From: an uncultured Clostridia bacterium
GTDB taxonomy: Bacteria > Bacillota > Clostridia > Lachnospirales > Cellulosilyticaceae
Reading direction: 5' to 3'
NCBI GenBank assembly: GCA_937981575.1
Contig: CALJNR010000005.1
Coordinates: forward strand, 1,126-25,125
Length of the DNA: 24,000 bases
Part shown: in pieces, positions 15,227 to 24,000 of the stretch
Layout: the number at the start of each line of letters is the position of its first letter
How positions within the stretch are numbered: position 1 is the first letter of the stretch
Notes under the pieces: generated by a model
Seen by the model: only the letters and a program-made list of their open reading frames with translations
Told to the model about the DNA's origin: nothing
Databases searched by the model: none
Position numbers and translations under genes: made by a program

Positions 15227-17101
15227 ATGTTAGATATGTTAAAGGCCATTCATGCTCCGGAAGATGTTAAAAAACTTAAACCTTATGATTTGAAAAAACT
15301 CTCTAAGGCTGTAAGAAGGTTTTTAGTTCAGTCTTTGTCTAAAACAGGAGGGCATTTAGCTTCAAATTTGGGGGTAGTAGAACTTACCATTGCACTCCAC
15401 TATGTTTTTGATCTGCCTCAGGATAAAATCATATGGGATGTAGGACATCAAGCCTATGTTCATAAGCTCTTAACAGGAAGACGAAGGGACTTTAAGACAC
15501 TAAGGAAGCTAGATGGATTAAGCGGCTTTCCGAAGAGGAAAGAAAGTGTTTATGATGCATTTGAAACAGGACATAGCTCAACCTCGATTTCAGCTGCGTT
15601 AGGCATGGCAGCAGCAAGAGACTTGAAGGGGGAAGACCACAAGGTTATTGCAGTAATAGGAGACGGGGCATTAACTGGGGGGATGGCTTTTGAAGCATTA
15701 AACCATGCTGGCCGGGGGCATACCAATATTATTGTCGTTCTTAATGACAATGAAATGTCTATTTCTAAAAATGTCGGCGGATTATGCAAATACCTCAACA
15801 AGCTGAGATCCAGCAAAGATTATCTTAGAGTTAAAGAGGACATTGAAGGGGTGCTTGAAAAAGTTCCAGTTGTTGGAAAAGGGATGGTAAGCATTATTAA
15901 GCGCACAAAAGAAGGTTTTAAAAGCCTGCTTATACAAAATACATTATTTGAACAGTTAGGGTTTACTTATTTAGGCCCGGTAGACGGGCACGCTTATAAT
16001 GAACTCATCGATATTTTTGAAAATGCCAAAGAGATGAAAGGGCCTGTACTCATTCATGTTAAAACCAAAAAGGGGAAAGGGTATCTCCTTGCTGAGCAAA
16101 ATCCCAGTCTTTTTCATGGGATTGCCCCATTTGATATTGCAACAGGGGCTGTTTCAAAGCAACATGAAAGAGAAACATTTTCATCAGCTTTTGGTCAGGC
16201 AATGTGCGAATTAGCTTTAACTGAAAAAAATATAGTAGCAATATCAGCGGCTATGCCGGAGGGCACAGGGCTGCTGGAATTTGCCCGCGCTTTTCCTAAG
16301 CAGTTTTTTGATGTTGGCATTGCTGAGCAGCATGCTGTAACATTTGCTGCAGGCCTTGCATCACAAGGCTATAGGCCAGTTGCAGCCATTTACTCATCTT
16401 TTCTGCAAAGAGCTTATGATCAGATTTTGCATGATGTATGTCTTCAAAATCTTCCTGTTATTTTTGCCATCGACCGAGCTGGGCTAGTGGGGGAAGATGG
16501 AGCTACCCATCAAGGGATTTTTGACATAGCCTATTTGAGCAGTATGCCTAATATACAGATCTTAGCGCCTAAAGTACCGGAAGAAATGCCAATGGCTTTA
16601 AATTATGCAGTTACTCAAAATGGACCGGTAGCTATCCGCTATCCAAGGGGTACACTGCAAATGGACGAAAAATACCATAATAATTACTTAGATCCTCATT
16701 TTAAAACTTTAAAGCAAGGTAAGGATATAGCATTACTTGCAGCAGGGCGAATGGTAGAGGCAGCTTTCAGTGTCAGAGAAAAATTGATTCAGGATAATTT
16801 CAAACCAGCAGTTATTGAAGCGCCACGTGTTTATCCTCTGGATGAAACAGCTTTACAGGATATTGCTGGGCAGTATACCTATATTTTTACATTGGAAGAT
16901 GGCATTGCTGCGGGAGGCTTTGGTGAAAAGATATTTGCGTATCTCACAAATCATCATCATATTCCGCTTGGCCATTCATTCGCCTATCAAAACGGGGTTA
17001 TTGAACATGGGGATATAGAGAGCCTGCAGGAAAGAGAAGGCCTTTCAGCAGATAAAATCTACAGGCGGATTCTTACAATACTTCAGAAAGAGAGCAGTTA
17101 A
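15227..17101 (+). CDS. dxs: 1-deoxy-D-xylulose-5-phosphate synthase
   Basis: ATG 15227 lies 6 nt after GAGGA. The N-terminus MLDMLKAIHAPEDVKKL is typical of Dxs. Also present are GHSSTSISAALGMA and the TPP-binding motif GDGALTGGMAFEALN. The ORF-track start at 15182 sits inside the upstream terminator. Confidence 0.95.
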   Translation: MLDMLKAIHAPEDVKKLKPYDLKKLSKAVRRFLVQSLSKTGGHLASNLGVVELTIALHYVFDLPQDKIIWDVGHQAYVHKLLTGRRRDFKTLRKLDGLSGFPKRKESVYDAFETGHSSTSISAALGMAAARDLKGEDHKVIAVIGDGALTGGMAFEALNHAGRGHTNIIVVLNDNEMSISKNVGGLCKYLNKLRSSKDYLRVKEDIEGVLEKVPVVGKGMVSIIKRTKEGFKSLLIQNTLFEQLGFTYLGPVDGHAYNELIDIFENAKEMKGPVLIHVKTKKGKGYLLAEQNPSLFHGIAPFDIATGAVSKQHERETFSSAFGQAMCELALTEKNIVAISAAMPEGTGLLEFARAFPKQFFDVGIAEQHAVTFAAGLASQGYRPVAAIYSSFLQRAYDQILHDVCLQNLPVIFAIDRAGLVGEDGATHQGIFDIAYLSSMPNIQILAPKVPEEMPMALNYAVTQNGPVAIRYPRGTLQMDEKYHNNYLDPHFKTLKQGKDIALLAAGRMVEAAFSVREKLIQDNFKPAVIEAPRVYPLDETALQDIAGQYTYIFTLEDGIAAGGFGEKIFAYLTNHHHIPLGHSFAYQNGVIEHGDIESLQEREGLSADKIYRRILTILQKESS

Positions 17102-17905
17102 ATGGAAGACAAAGAAAGATTAGATATACTTATTGCAGAAAGAAACCTAGCTGAGTCAAGAGAAAGAGCTAAAGCTTATATTATGGCAGGGGTCGTTTAT
17201 GTTGATGGACAAAAAGAAGATAAACCGGGGCTGAAAGTAAAGCGGAGCAGCGTTATTGAAGTCAAAGAAAAAATGAAATATGTAAGCCGCGGAGGCTACA
17301 AACTTGAAAAAGCATTATCAGCCTTTAAAATAGATCTTAATGAGAAAACATGTATGGATGTAGGCGCATCCACAGGGGGATTTACAGACTGCATGCTGCA
17401 AAACGGGGCCTGCAAAGTTTATGCCATTGATGTAGGGTATGGACAGCTGGCATGGAAACTTAGGCAGGATGAGCGGGTTAGGTGCATGGAAAAAACAAAC
17501 ATCAGGTATGTTACAAAGGAAGTTATTGAAGATGTGGTTGCATTTAGCTCTATTGATGTTTCATTTATCTCCTTAGCGAAGGTTCTTTTTCCTATCTCTC
17601 AGATCCTTCATGAAAATGGAGAAATTATTGCACTTATAAAGCCGCAGTTTGAGGCTGGAAGAGAACAAGTAGAAAAGCATGGAGTTGTCAAAAATCCAAA
17701 AGTTCATAGTCAGGTAATTAATGAGGTATGGACCTATGCCGAAAGTATTGGACTGATTACAGCGGGACTAGATTTTTCACCCATCAAGGGGCCAGAGGGG
17801 AATATTGAATATCTTATTTACCTTAAAAAAAACGCAGATGGTTTAATAGAGCACAAAGAATCTTGCATTGAAGAAATTGTCAGCGGAGCACATCAATCTT
17901 TATAA
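17102..17905 (+). CDS. tlyA: TlyA-family rRNA 2'-O-methyltransferase (S4 domain plus FtsJ-like methyltransferase)
   Basis: N-terminal S4-like RNA-binding region (RLDILIAERNLAESRERAKAYIMAGVVYVDG) and the SAM-binding motif DVGASTGGFTD. Position equivalent to yqxC downstream of dxs. Confidence 0.9.
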   Translation: MEDKERLDILIAERNLAESRERAKAYIMAGVVYVDGQKEDKPGLKVKRSSVIEVKEKMKYVSRGGYKLEKALSAFKIDLNEKTCMDVGASTGGFTDCMLQNGACKVYAIDVGYGQLAWKLRQDERVRCMEKTNIRYVTKEVIEDVVAFSSIDVSFISLAKVLFPISQILHENGEIIALIKPQFEAGREQVEKHGVVKNPKVHSQVINEVWTYAESIGLITAGLDFSPIKGPEGNIEYLIYLKKNADGLIEHKESCIEEIVSGAHQSL

Positions 17906-17918
17906 GCGGAGGCTTTAG

Positions 17919-18779
17919 ATGAAAAAAGTAGGCATTGTTCCTAATCTATTAAAGGATAAAGAGTTAGAAATTACTCAGATTGTCGTAAACTGGTTAATCG
18001 AGAAGGGTTTTAACGTCTATGCAGCGCATCATATTGCTCAAAAGCTAGGACAGCATTCAATTGGTATAAATGAAGAAGAAATTTATAAATTATGTGACAT
18101 TGTTATAACAATAGGAGGAGATGGAACGATCCTTAGTGTTGCAGAAAAAGCTTGTATTTCCGATGTGCCTATAGTCGGCGTCAACTTAGGAAGGCTTGGG
18201 TTTTTAGCAGACATTGAACCAGCAGATATTGATTATTCTCTTAGCAAACTGCTTGAAAAAGATTATCGTATTGAAGAAAGAATGATGCTGAGAGTAAAAG
18301 TGATTGCCCCTAATGGACAGGAACATATTTTTCATGCACTGAATGATGTTAATATTTCAAGAGGAAGTTTTTCAAGAATTGCTGAATTTGAAATTCTTGT
18401 TAATGGAGATTTATGCGATATTTATCCGGCCGACGGCGTTATTTTATCAACCCCAACAGGGTCAACAGCCTACAATTTATCTGCAGGTGGACCTATTGCA
18501 CTTCCGGACGCCAAGTCCTATATTTTAACGCCTGTATGTCCGCATACAATCTATTCTAAATCTATTATCTTATCGGAGGAAGATACAGTTCAAATTAAGA
18601 TTTGCCATCATGAGAGTATGAATATTGAACTGAATGTGGATGGCAAAATGAAGATGTATTTAACACCTAATCATTTTATCGCTATTCAAAAATCTTCTTA
18701 TGTCACACGGCTTGTTAAATTATCCGAACTAAATTTTTTTGAAATACTAAGGAAAAAAATCGTAGAAAGGCGAAGATAA
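17919..18779 (+). CDS. nadK: NAD(+) kinase
   Basis: GGDGT motif (TIGGDGTILS), NDVNI, and the STPTGSTAYNLSAGGP motif; 286 aa. Confidence 0.93.
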   Translation: MKKVGIVPNLLKDKELEITQIVVNWLIEKGFNVYAAHHIAQKLGQHSIGINEEEIYKLCDIVITIGGDGTILSVAEKACISDVPIVGVNLGRLGFLADIEPADIDYSLSKLLEKDYRIEERMMLRVKVIAPNGQEHIFHALNDVNISRGSFSRIAEFEILVNGDLCDIYPADGVILSTPTGSTAYNLSAGGPIALPDAKSYILTPVCPHTIYSKSIILSEEDTVQIKICHHESMNIELNVDGKMKMYLTPNHFIAIQKSSYVTRLVKLSELNFFEILRKKIVERRR

Positions 18780-18780
18780 T

Positions 18781-19239
18781 ATGGGAATGAAAGAACAAAG
18801 ACAATCGGCAATACTAAGCCTTATTCAAAAAAGTGAGATAGAAACGCAGGAAGATTTAGCTCAAGCTCTTGAAAATAAAGGGTTTAGCGTTACCCAAGCT
18901 ACTGTGTCACGAGACATTAGAGAACTAAAACTTACAAAAGTAGCCAGCAAAAACGGGGGGCAGAAATATGTTGCTTTATCCAATTATCAGCAGCAGGTTT
19001 CTGAAAAGGTAATTCGCGTCTTTAAAGATGCATTTGTAGGTATGGATTATGCAGGGAATACTATTGTAATCCGCACTTTAATTGGAATGGGCAATGCAGT
19101 AGCTGCTGCAATTGATGCCTTCAATCTTGAAGAAATTGTAGGGACTTTAGCTGGTGACGACACAATTTTCTGCCTTGTTAGAACAAATGAACATATTAAA
19201 ACAGTCATGAATAAGTTTAAAGATATACTTAGTTCATAG
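18781..19239 (+). CDS. argR: Arginine repressor
   Basis: Winged-helix N-terminus (QEDLAQALENKGFSVTQATVSRDIRELKL) and the C-terminal oligomerisation/arginine-binding motif GTLAGDDTIF. Confidence 0.93.
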   Translation: MGMKEQRQSAILSLIQKSEIETQEDLAQALENKGFSVTQATVSRDIRELKLTKVASKNGGQKYVALSNYQQQVSEKVIRVFKDAFVGMDYAGNTIVIRTLIGMGNAVAAAIDAFNLEEIVGTLAGDDTIFCLVRTNEHIKTVMNKFKDILSS

Positions 19240-19256
19240 GGCAGGGAGGAAGTTTA

Positions 19257-20945
19257 ATGCTGACTCATCTTAAAGCAAATAATATTGCACTGATCGAAAA
19301 AATAGAACTTAATCTAGATAGATATCTCAATATTTTTAGTGGTGAAACAGGTGCAGGAAAATCGATGATGATTGATTCAATTCAGTTTGCAATAGGCAAT
19401 AGAACATCCAAACAAATTATACGCAAAGGGCAGGACTATGCCCAGGTAGAGCTTGTTTTTAATGATGCAGTAGGACTAGGCTTAGAGTATTTAAAAGCTA
19501 ATCAGATAGATTATGACGGGACGCAGATTGTGATTGAGAGAATACTTTATCAGTCAGGGCGGACACTATATAAAATTAATAATCAAACCGCAACAAGGCA
19601 AATGGTTAAAGAGTTGTCTGCGCTTCTCATCGATGTTCACGGACAGCATGAGCCTCAATCCCTTTTAGACGTTTCAAAACACATTAAGATGTTGGATAGT
19701 TTTGGTGAAGAAGATTTTACACATAAGCGCACCTGTTATAAAAAACTTTATGAAAAATGGCAGAATGCAAGGTTAAGTCTTGAAAAACTAGACAGCGATG
19801 ATAGAAAAAGGCTGCAGCTCAAAGATATGTTTATGTATCAGGTAAACGAAATTGCCTCAGCTAAACTAAGAATGGGAGAAGAAGAAGAACTGAAAGAACA
19901 GTTTGAAGTACTATCTCATGCGGAAAAAATTTTGCTTCATTATCAGAAGGCGTATGAATACCTAGGAGGAGAAAGTGAAGTCAGTGCTTCAGTTTTTCTG
20001 GGTAAGGCCATTCAGGCTATTCAGGACATCAGCGGCATCAGCAGTGAAATAAGCGCGCTTTATGAACAGCTTCTTAATATTGAAGCCTCTCTTCAGGATG
20101 CTACGTATGAAATAAGAAACTATGTAGATACTATAGACTACTCACCAAGGACGCTGACCGAAGTTCAAGGCAGATTAGATATGATTTACAGGCTAAAGCA
20201 AAAATATGGCAATTCTATCGAGGATATTTTAAGATACCAGATAGAATGTGAGAGGGATTTAAGAGAACTTACAGAAGGTGAAAACAGTAAAGAGCGGTTA
20301 GAAGCTGACATTAAAAAGCTTGAAGAGCAATTAGACCAGCTAGCTCAGGAACTCTCTCAGGAAAGACAAGCAATAGCCATAAAAATTGAAGAGCAGATAG
20401 GTCATCACTTAAGGGACCTGCAAATGCCATATGCAAAATTTGAAGTAGCTATTAATGAATTAGAGAACTTTAACAGTTTAGGTAAAAATGATGTTGAGTT
20501 TCTTATACGAACCAATCTCGGAGATGATATGCATCCGCTTTCTAAAATTGCTTCGGGAGGAGAAATCTCAAGAGTAATGCTTGCAATTAAAGCAGTTTTA
20601 GTCTTAGGAGATACTATAGATACCGTGATCTTTGATGAAATTGATACAGGGATAAGTGGGACGGCTGCTCAGAAGGTTGCTGAAAAGCTGGCAGGTATTT
20701 CAAGAGGAAGACAAGTTATCTGCATCACCCATCTGCCACAGATTGCTGCAATGGCAGACAGACATTATCTGATTGAAAAAGAGGTCAAAGAAAATAAGAC
20801 CTTAACAAGCTTGAAGCAGCTTGAAACGTTTAAGATACATGAAGAACTCTGCAGGCTGATGGGCGGTATTATTACCCAAAATACACTGCAAAGTGCAAAA
20901 GAAATTAAAAATCTAGCAGATAAGTATAAGAAAAGTATATGTTAG
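19257..20945 (+). CDS. recN: DNA repair protein RecN
   Basis: Walker A GETGAGKS, a long coiled-coil middle, the SMC signature SGGEISRVMLAIK, and Walker B VIFDEIDTG; 562 aa. Confidence 0.95.
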   Translation: MLTHLKANNIALIEKIELNLDRYLNIFSGETGAGKSMMIDSIQFAIGNRTSKQIIRKGQDYAQVELVFNDAVGLGLEYLKANQIDYDGTQIVIERILYQSGRTLYKINNQTATRQMVKELSALLIDVHGQHEPQSLLDVSKHIKMLDSFGEEDFTHKRTCYKKLYEKWQNARLSLEKLDSDDRKRLQLKDMFMYQVNEIASAKLRMGEEEELKEQFEVLSHAEKILLHYQKAYEYLGGESEVSASVFLGKAIQAIQDISGISSEISALYEQLLNIEASLQDATYEIRNYVDTIDYSPRTLTEVQGRLDMIYRLKQKYGNSIEDILRYQIECERDLRELTEGENSKERLEADIKKLEEQLDQLAQELSQERQAIAIKIEEQIGHHLRDLQMPYAKFEVAINELENFNSLGKNDVEFLIRTNLGDDMHPLSKIASGGEISRVMLAIKAVLVLGDTIDTVIFDEIDTGISGTAAQKVAEKLAGISRGRQVICITHLPQIAAMADRHYLIEKEVKENKTLTSLKQLETFKIHEELCRLMGGIITQNTLQSAKEIKNLADKYKKSIC

Positions 20946-20966
20946 CCAATAACATATATTTTTTTT
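20936..20966 (+). terminator. Rho-independent terminator overlapping the recN stop codon
   Basis: Stem TATATGTTA (20936-20944) / TAACATATA (20950-20958), loop GCCAA, then a T-run at 20959-20966. The stem is AT-rich, so stability is moderate. Confidence 0.6.
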
Positions 20967-21047
20967 GCGTATAAAAATGTCTTGTTGCTGTATAAATGCT
21001 TTTAAAAAAGGATATTTTAAAAATATGACAGCAAAACGACATAGGAT

Positions 21048-22343
21048 GTGAATGAAATGAGACATAGAAAAAAAAAGCTATGCTTTGTTAGTTTTATATT
21101 TTTAGTAATAGGCATGATAGTAAGCAGTCCCATCATTATTTCTCACTTTTATCTTCCAAGAGAAGTTAAACTGATAGCAGGAAAAGAACATATTTTTAAC
21201 TTTGACATCCCTTTGAAAGCAAGTATTATGAAAAGCAATGCAATTACCGTTAAAGGGGAACATAACGACAGTATCGATACAGATTCAATCAGCCTTAACA
21301 AACCTCTAAAGGTTAGTATGGACGAAGCCGGCAAAACAGATGTTACACTATCATTGTTAGGCTTTATTCCGCTGAGAACAGTATCGATTGAAGCTGTTCC
21401 AGATCGAGAAGTGATTCCGTGCGGAAAAATTGTAGGGATTAAGGTAGATACAAAAGGGATCTTGGTGCTGGGAGTCGGACAGTTTGAAATAGAGGGGAAA
21501 ACAGCTTCGCCGTGTAAGGGGATTATTGAACCGGGAGATATGATTTTAAAATGTAATGATATTGAATTAAAAGCAAAAGAAGACTTAAGAGACATTATTG
21601 AAACCTCAAAAAAAGAGACTGTAAAGCTTACTATCTTAAGAAATAAAGAAATTAAAGATGTTATTGTTAAACCTTCCTATTCTATCTTTGACAATGAATA
21701 TAAAATTGGATTGTGGATTAGAGACAGCACCCAGGGTATTGGTACCCTAACTTACATTGACCCTAAAACTGGGAACTTTGGAGCGCTTGGACATGGCATT
21801 ACAGATACAGATACAAAAAAACTCATGCCAATAAGAGAAGGCAATATTATTTATACGACCATCACGCATATTAAAAAAGGGAAAAAAGGGATTCCAGGAG
21901 AAATAAGTGGAATTATTGAATATGATGATAAAAATATTATTGGTGAAGTGAGTAATAATACGCCTATAGGTATTTATGGCAAACTTGATAAAAGTGTTAT
22001 AGAAACCCTCGATCATCCAAGTATTCCAATAGCTTTTCAGGATGAAGTGCATGAAGGAAAAGCCTCTGTGCTCGTAGCTTTAACAGGCGAAAGGCCAGAA
22101 GAGTATGAAGTCTTTATACAAAAAGTATCCAAATATAGCAATGAGCCAGCAAAAGGGATGATTATTAAAATAGTAGATGAAAGATTACTTGGCTTAACCA
22201 ATGGCATTATTCAAGGAATGAGCGGAAGTCCTATCCTTCAGGATGGTAAACTTATTGGGGCTGTAACCCATGTATTTATTCAAGATCCAACACGCGGATA
22301 CGGGATATTTATAGAAAATATGATTAATAATGAAAAAAGATAG
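21048..22343 (+). CDS. spoIVB: SpoIVB peptidase (S55 family sporulation signalling protease)
   Basis: N-terminal TM helix, a PDZ region (GIIEPGDMILKCNDIEL), and an S55 domain with GALGHGI and the catalytic-serine motif QGMSGSPI. Located immediately upstream of spo0A, as in Bacillus and Clostridium. The start is GTG 21048 or ATG 21057. Confidence 0.92.
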   Translation: MNEMRHRKKKLCFVSFIFLVIGMIVSSPIIISHFYLPREVKLIAGKEHIFNFDIPLKASIMKSNAITVKGEHNDSIDTDSISLNKPLKVSMDEAGKTDVTLSLLGFIPLRTVSIEAVPDREVIPCGKIVGIKVDTKGILVLGVGQFEIEGKTASPCKGIIEPGDMILKCNDIELKAKEDLRDIIETSKKETVKLTILRNKEIKDVIVKPSYSIFDNEYKIGLWIRDSTQGIGTLTYIDPKTGNFGALGHGITDTDTKKLMPIREGNIIYTTITHIKKGKKGIPGEISGIIEYDDKNIIGEVSNNTPIGIYGKLDKSVIETLDHPSIPIAFQDEVHEGKASVLVALTGERPEEYEVFIQKVSKYSNEPAKGMIIKIVDERLLGLTNGIIQGMSGSPILQDGKLIGAVTHVFIQDPTRGYGIFIENMINNEKR

Positions 22344-22384
22344 TGGGAATTGTAAAAATAAAATAAAAATTACAGAAAATGGTA

Positions 22385-22413
22385 TTGATATTTTCCAAAT
22401 TATTATATATAAT
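22385..22413 (+). promoter_or_regulatory. Candidate sigma-A-type promoter upstream of spo0A
   Basis: TTGATA (22385-22390), 17-nt spacer, TATAAT (22408-22413). The region is extremely AT-rich, so a chance match is plausible. Confidence 0.35.
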
Positions 22414-22462
22414 TAATTTATGATTTTTCAAAATAACATATAATTTTTAGGGGGGATATTTT

Positions 22463-23290
22463 TTGTTTGAGCAAAAAATGAAAATATTGATAGCAGATGA
22501 TAATAAAGACTTTTCTGATATTTTAATGGAATTTATAAATAGACAGGAAGATATGCAGGTAGTGGATGTAGCAGCCAACGGCGAAGAAGCTTGTACACTT
22601 ATTGAAGAAACTGAGCCGGAGATTGTAATATTAGATGTTATCATGCCTTATTTAGATGGCATTGGTGTTTTAGAGCGTGTACTTACTATGAACCTTACGA
22701 AAAGGCCATTGTTTATCATGCTGTCAGCAGTTGGACAAGATAAGATTACAGAGAGGGCTTTGGCTCTAGGTGCTGAGTATTACATTGTTAAGCCATTTGA
22801 TATGGATACGCTGATTAATAGAATAAGACAGCTTAAGTCTATGTCAAAGGTAACAAAAGCAAGCACTTCATCACCAAGTGCCAATTTAACAAGTACAAAG
22901 TCACTGCTGCCTAAGTCAAAAGGTATGCCTTCTCAACATAGCCTGGAAACAGAAGTAACGAGTGTAATCCATGAAATAGGTGTTCCAGCTCATATTAAAG
23001 GGTATCAATATCTAAGAGACGCAATTATAATGGTCATTAATGATATGGATGTACTTAATTCGATTACCAAACAACTTTATCCTAATATTGCAAAGCAGTA
23101 TAACACAACGCCAAGCCGTGTAGAACGGGCAATTCGTCATGCCATTGAAGTGGCATGGAGCCGTGGTAAAATGGATACAATCGATAAATTATTTGGTTAT
23201 ACCGTAAATAACGGAAAAGGTAAACCAACAAATTCTGAGTTTATTGCACTTATTGCAGACAGACTTAGACTTGAAATGCAGGTAGGATAA
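22463..23290 (+). CDS. spo0A: Sporulation master regulator Spo0A
   Basis: Receiver domain ([11 protein letters not shown]..., ILDVIMP) and the Spo0A-specific C-terminal DNA-binding domain ([30 protein letters not shown]). TTG 22463 lies 7 nt after GGGGGG; ATG 22478 is an alternative start. Confidence 0.95.
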   Translation: MFEQKMKILIADDNKDFSDILMEFINRQEDMQVVDVAANGEEACTLIEETEPEIVILDVIMPYLDGIGVLERVLTMNLTKRPLFIMLSAVGQDKITERALALGAEYYIVKPFDMDTLINRIRQLKSMSKVTKASTSSPSANLTSTKSLLPKSKGMPSQHSLETEVTSVIHEIGVPAHIKGYQYLRDAIIMVINDMDVLNSITKQLYPNIAKQYNTTPSRVERAIRHAIEVAWSRGKMDTIDKLFGYTVNNGKGKPTNSEFIALIADRLRLEMQVG

Positions 23291-23313
23291 AAATCTATTC
23301 TCCTTAAAATAAT

Positions 23314-23361
23314 AAAGACCTTTTATAAACGGTTTAATGTTTATAAAAGGTCTTTTCTTTT
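23314..23361 (+). terminator. Rho-independent terminator after spo0A
   Basis: 17-bp perfect stem AAAGACCTTTTATAAAC (23314-23330) / GTTTATAAAAGGTCTTT (23339-23355), loop GGTTTAAT, followed by a T-rich tail. Confidence 0.85.
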
Positions 23362-23374
23362 TGTGTTTTTTTAA

Positions 23375-23414
23375 AAGTTTTAAAATAGTCGGTAAAACCT
23401 AGGATTTTACCGAC
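23375..23414 (-). terminator. Rho-independent terminator for the convergent citrate synthase gene
   Basis: Stem GTCGGTAAAA (23388-23397) / TTTTACCGAC (23405-23414). On the minus strand a T-rich tract follows (reverse complement of 23375-23387). Confidence 0.7.
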
Positions 23415-23512
23415 CATTTGATATAAAGCAGAAAGATTTTTTATGTTATAGAATGCAGCATATTTACAGTCGACTTGAAAACATCTGAGTAAGTACGAAC
23501 ATTTAGAAGCAT

Positions 23513-24000
23513 TTATTCACCTTCAGCAGCTATTGAACGCTCATCAAGCGGTGTATAATCGCGGCGTTTTGCAACACTCTTATAAGCTGGACGTATAATT
23601 TTACCCTTGTTTACCAACTCTTCCATACGGTGAGCACTCCAGCCTGTAATACGTGCAATTGCAAATAATGGGGTATACAGTTCCATTGGCAGATTAAGCA
23701 TGCTGTAAACAAAGCCAGAATAGAAATCTACGTTTGCGCTTACTCCTTTGTACATTTGTCTGACATCTCCAATAACTTTAGGAGCAAGTTCTTCGACTTT
23801 AGCATAAAAGTTGTATTCAGCTTCAAGTCCTTTTTCTTTTGCCAGCTCCTCAGCATATTCTTTTAGAATAATAGCACGAGGATCAGAGACTGAATAGACA
23901 GCGTGACCAATACCATAAATCAAGCCAGATTTATCAAAGGCTTCTTTGCTAAGGAGTTTCATTAAATATTTTTCGATTTCTTCTTCATCAGACCAGTCTT
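23513..24000 (-). CDS. Citrate synthase family protein; C-terminal part, CDS continues past the right edge
   Basis: The minus-strand frame stays open upstream of the M at 23962 to the window edge (...DWSDEEEIEKYLMKLL...). Citrate synthase motifs GIGHAVY..SDPRA and NVDFYSG are present, and an ARITGWSAH segment. Confidence 0.85.
   Translation of the reverse strand, partial: DWSDEEEIEKYLMKLLSKEAFDKSGLIYGIGHAVYSVSDPRAIILKEYAEELAKEKGLEAEYNFYAKVEELAPKVIGDVRQMYKGVSANVDFYSGFVYSMLNLPMELYTPLFAIARITGWSAHRMEELVNKGKIIRPAYKSVAKRRDYTPLDERSIAAEGE

Noticed and set aside
20966-21047. Possible sigma-F/sigma-G promoter elements (GTATA..., GGATAT, CATAGGA) and the palindrome ATATTTTAAAAATAT upstream of spoIVB.
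   Set aside because: Spacings do not fit the consensus, and the region is so AT-rich that such matches and palindromes are expected by chance.
1300-22644. Numerous antisense or alternate-frame ORFs of 60-148 aa in the track, e.g. 1300-1572(-), 2658-2894(+), 3514-3896(-), 5524-5895(-), 7142-8225(-), 9451-9836(-), 10686-10969(-), 11416-11856(-), 12964-13194(-), 13545-13757(-), 14851-15069(-), 15550-16241(-), 16815-17018(+), 18343-18528(+), 21149-22052(-), 22447-22644(-).
   Set aside because: Each lies entirely within a confidently identified gene on the other strand or frame. Their composition is low-complexity or skewed, they lack an RBS, and they have no recognisable motif. They are shadow ORFs.
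22820-22975. Ser/Thr/Lys-rich linker in Spo0A ([34 protein letters not shown]...).
   Set aside because: The inter-domain linker of Spo0A is known to vary in length and composition between species. Nothing indicates an unusual function.
1-24000. Looked for CRISPR arrays, tRNA/rRNA genes, transposases, integrases and phage or defence islands.
   Set aside because: None seen. Apart from 13897-14599, every intergenic gap is short and explained by RBS, promoter or terminator elements, and all large ORFs belong to conserved housekeeping or sporulation families.

Overview
This is a low-GC chromosomal segment from an endospore-forming Firmicute, probably class Clostridia; the species cannot be determined from the sequence alone. 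All genes but the last are on the + strand and tightly packed. The order is syntenic with the Bacillus subtilis efp-spoIIIA-nusB-xseAB-ispA-dxs-argR-recN-spoIVB-spo0A region: aroK, aroQ, an M24 Xaa-Pro peptidase, efp, an LtaS-like sulfatase-family membrane protein, the complete spoIIIAA-AH operon, an Asp23-family gene, nusB, xseA, xseB, ispA, a divergent-PAP2 membrane protein, dxs, tlyA, nadK, argR, recN, spoIVB and spo0A. A convergent citrate synthase fragment lies at the right edge. The one region protein-coding genes do not explain is the 703-bp ORF-free gap at 13897-14599. It has its own near-consensus sigma-A promoter, is dense in hairpins, and its two ends form a ~25-nt closing helix. 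A 187-aa polytopic membrane protein with a DxxxD motif follows immediately, and then a strong terminator. Size, structure and the ispA / RNA / membrane protein / dxs context match what I recall of the OLE (ornate, large, extremophilic) RNA and its partner OapA. I call it a candidate OLE ribonucleoprotein locus, pending a covariance-model search. I saw no rRNA, tRNA, CRISPR array or mobile element.
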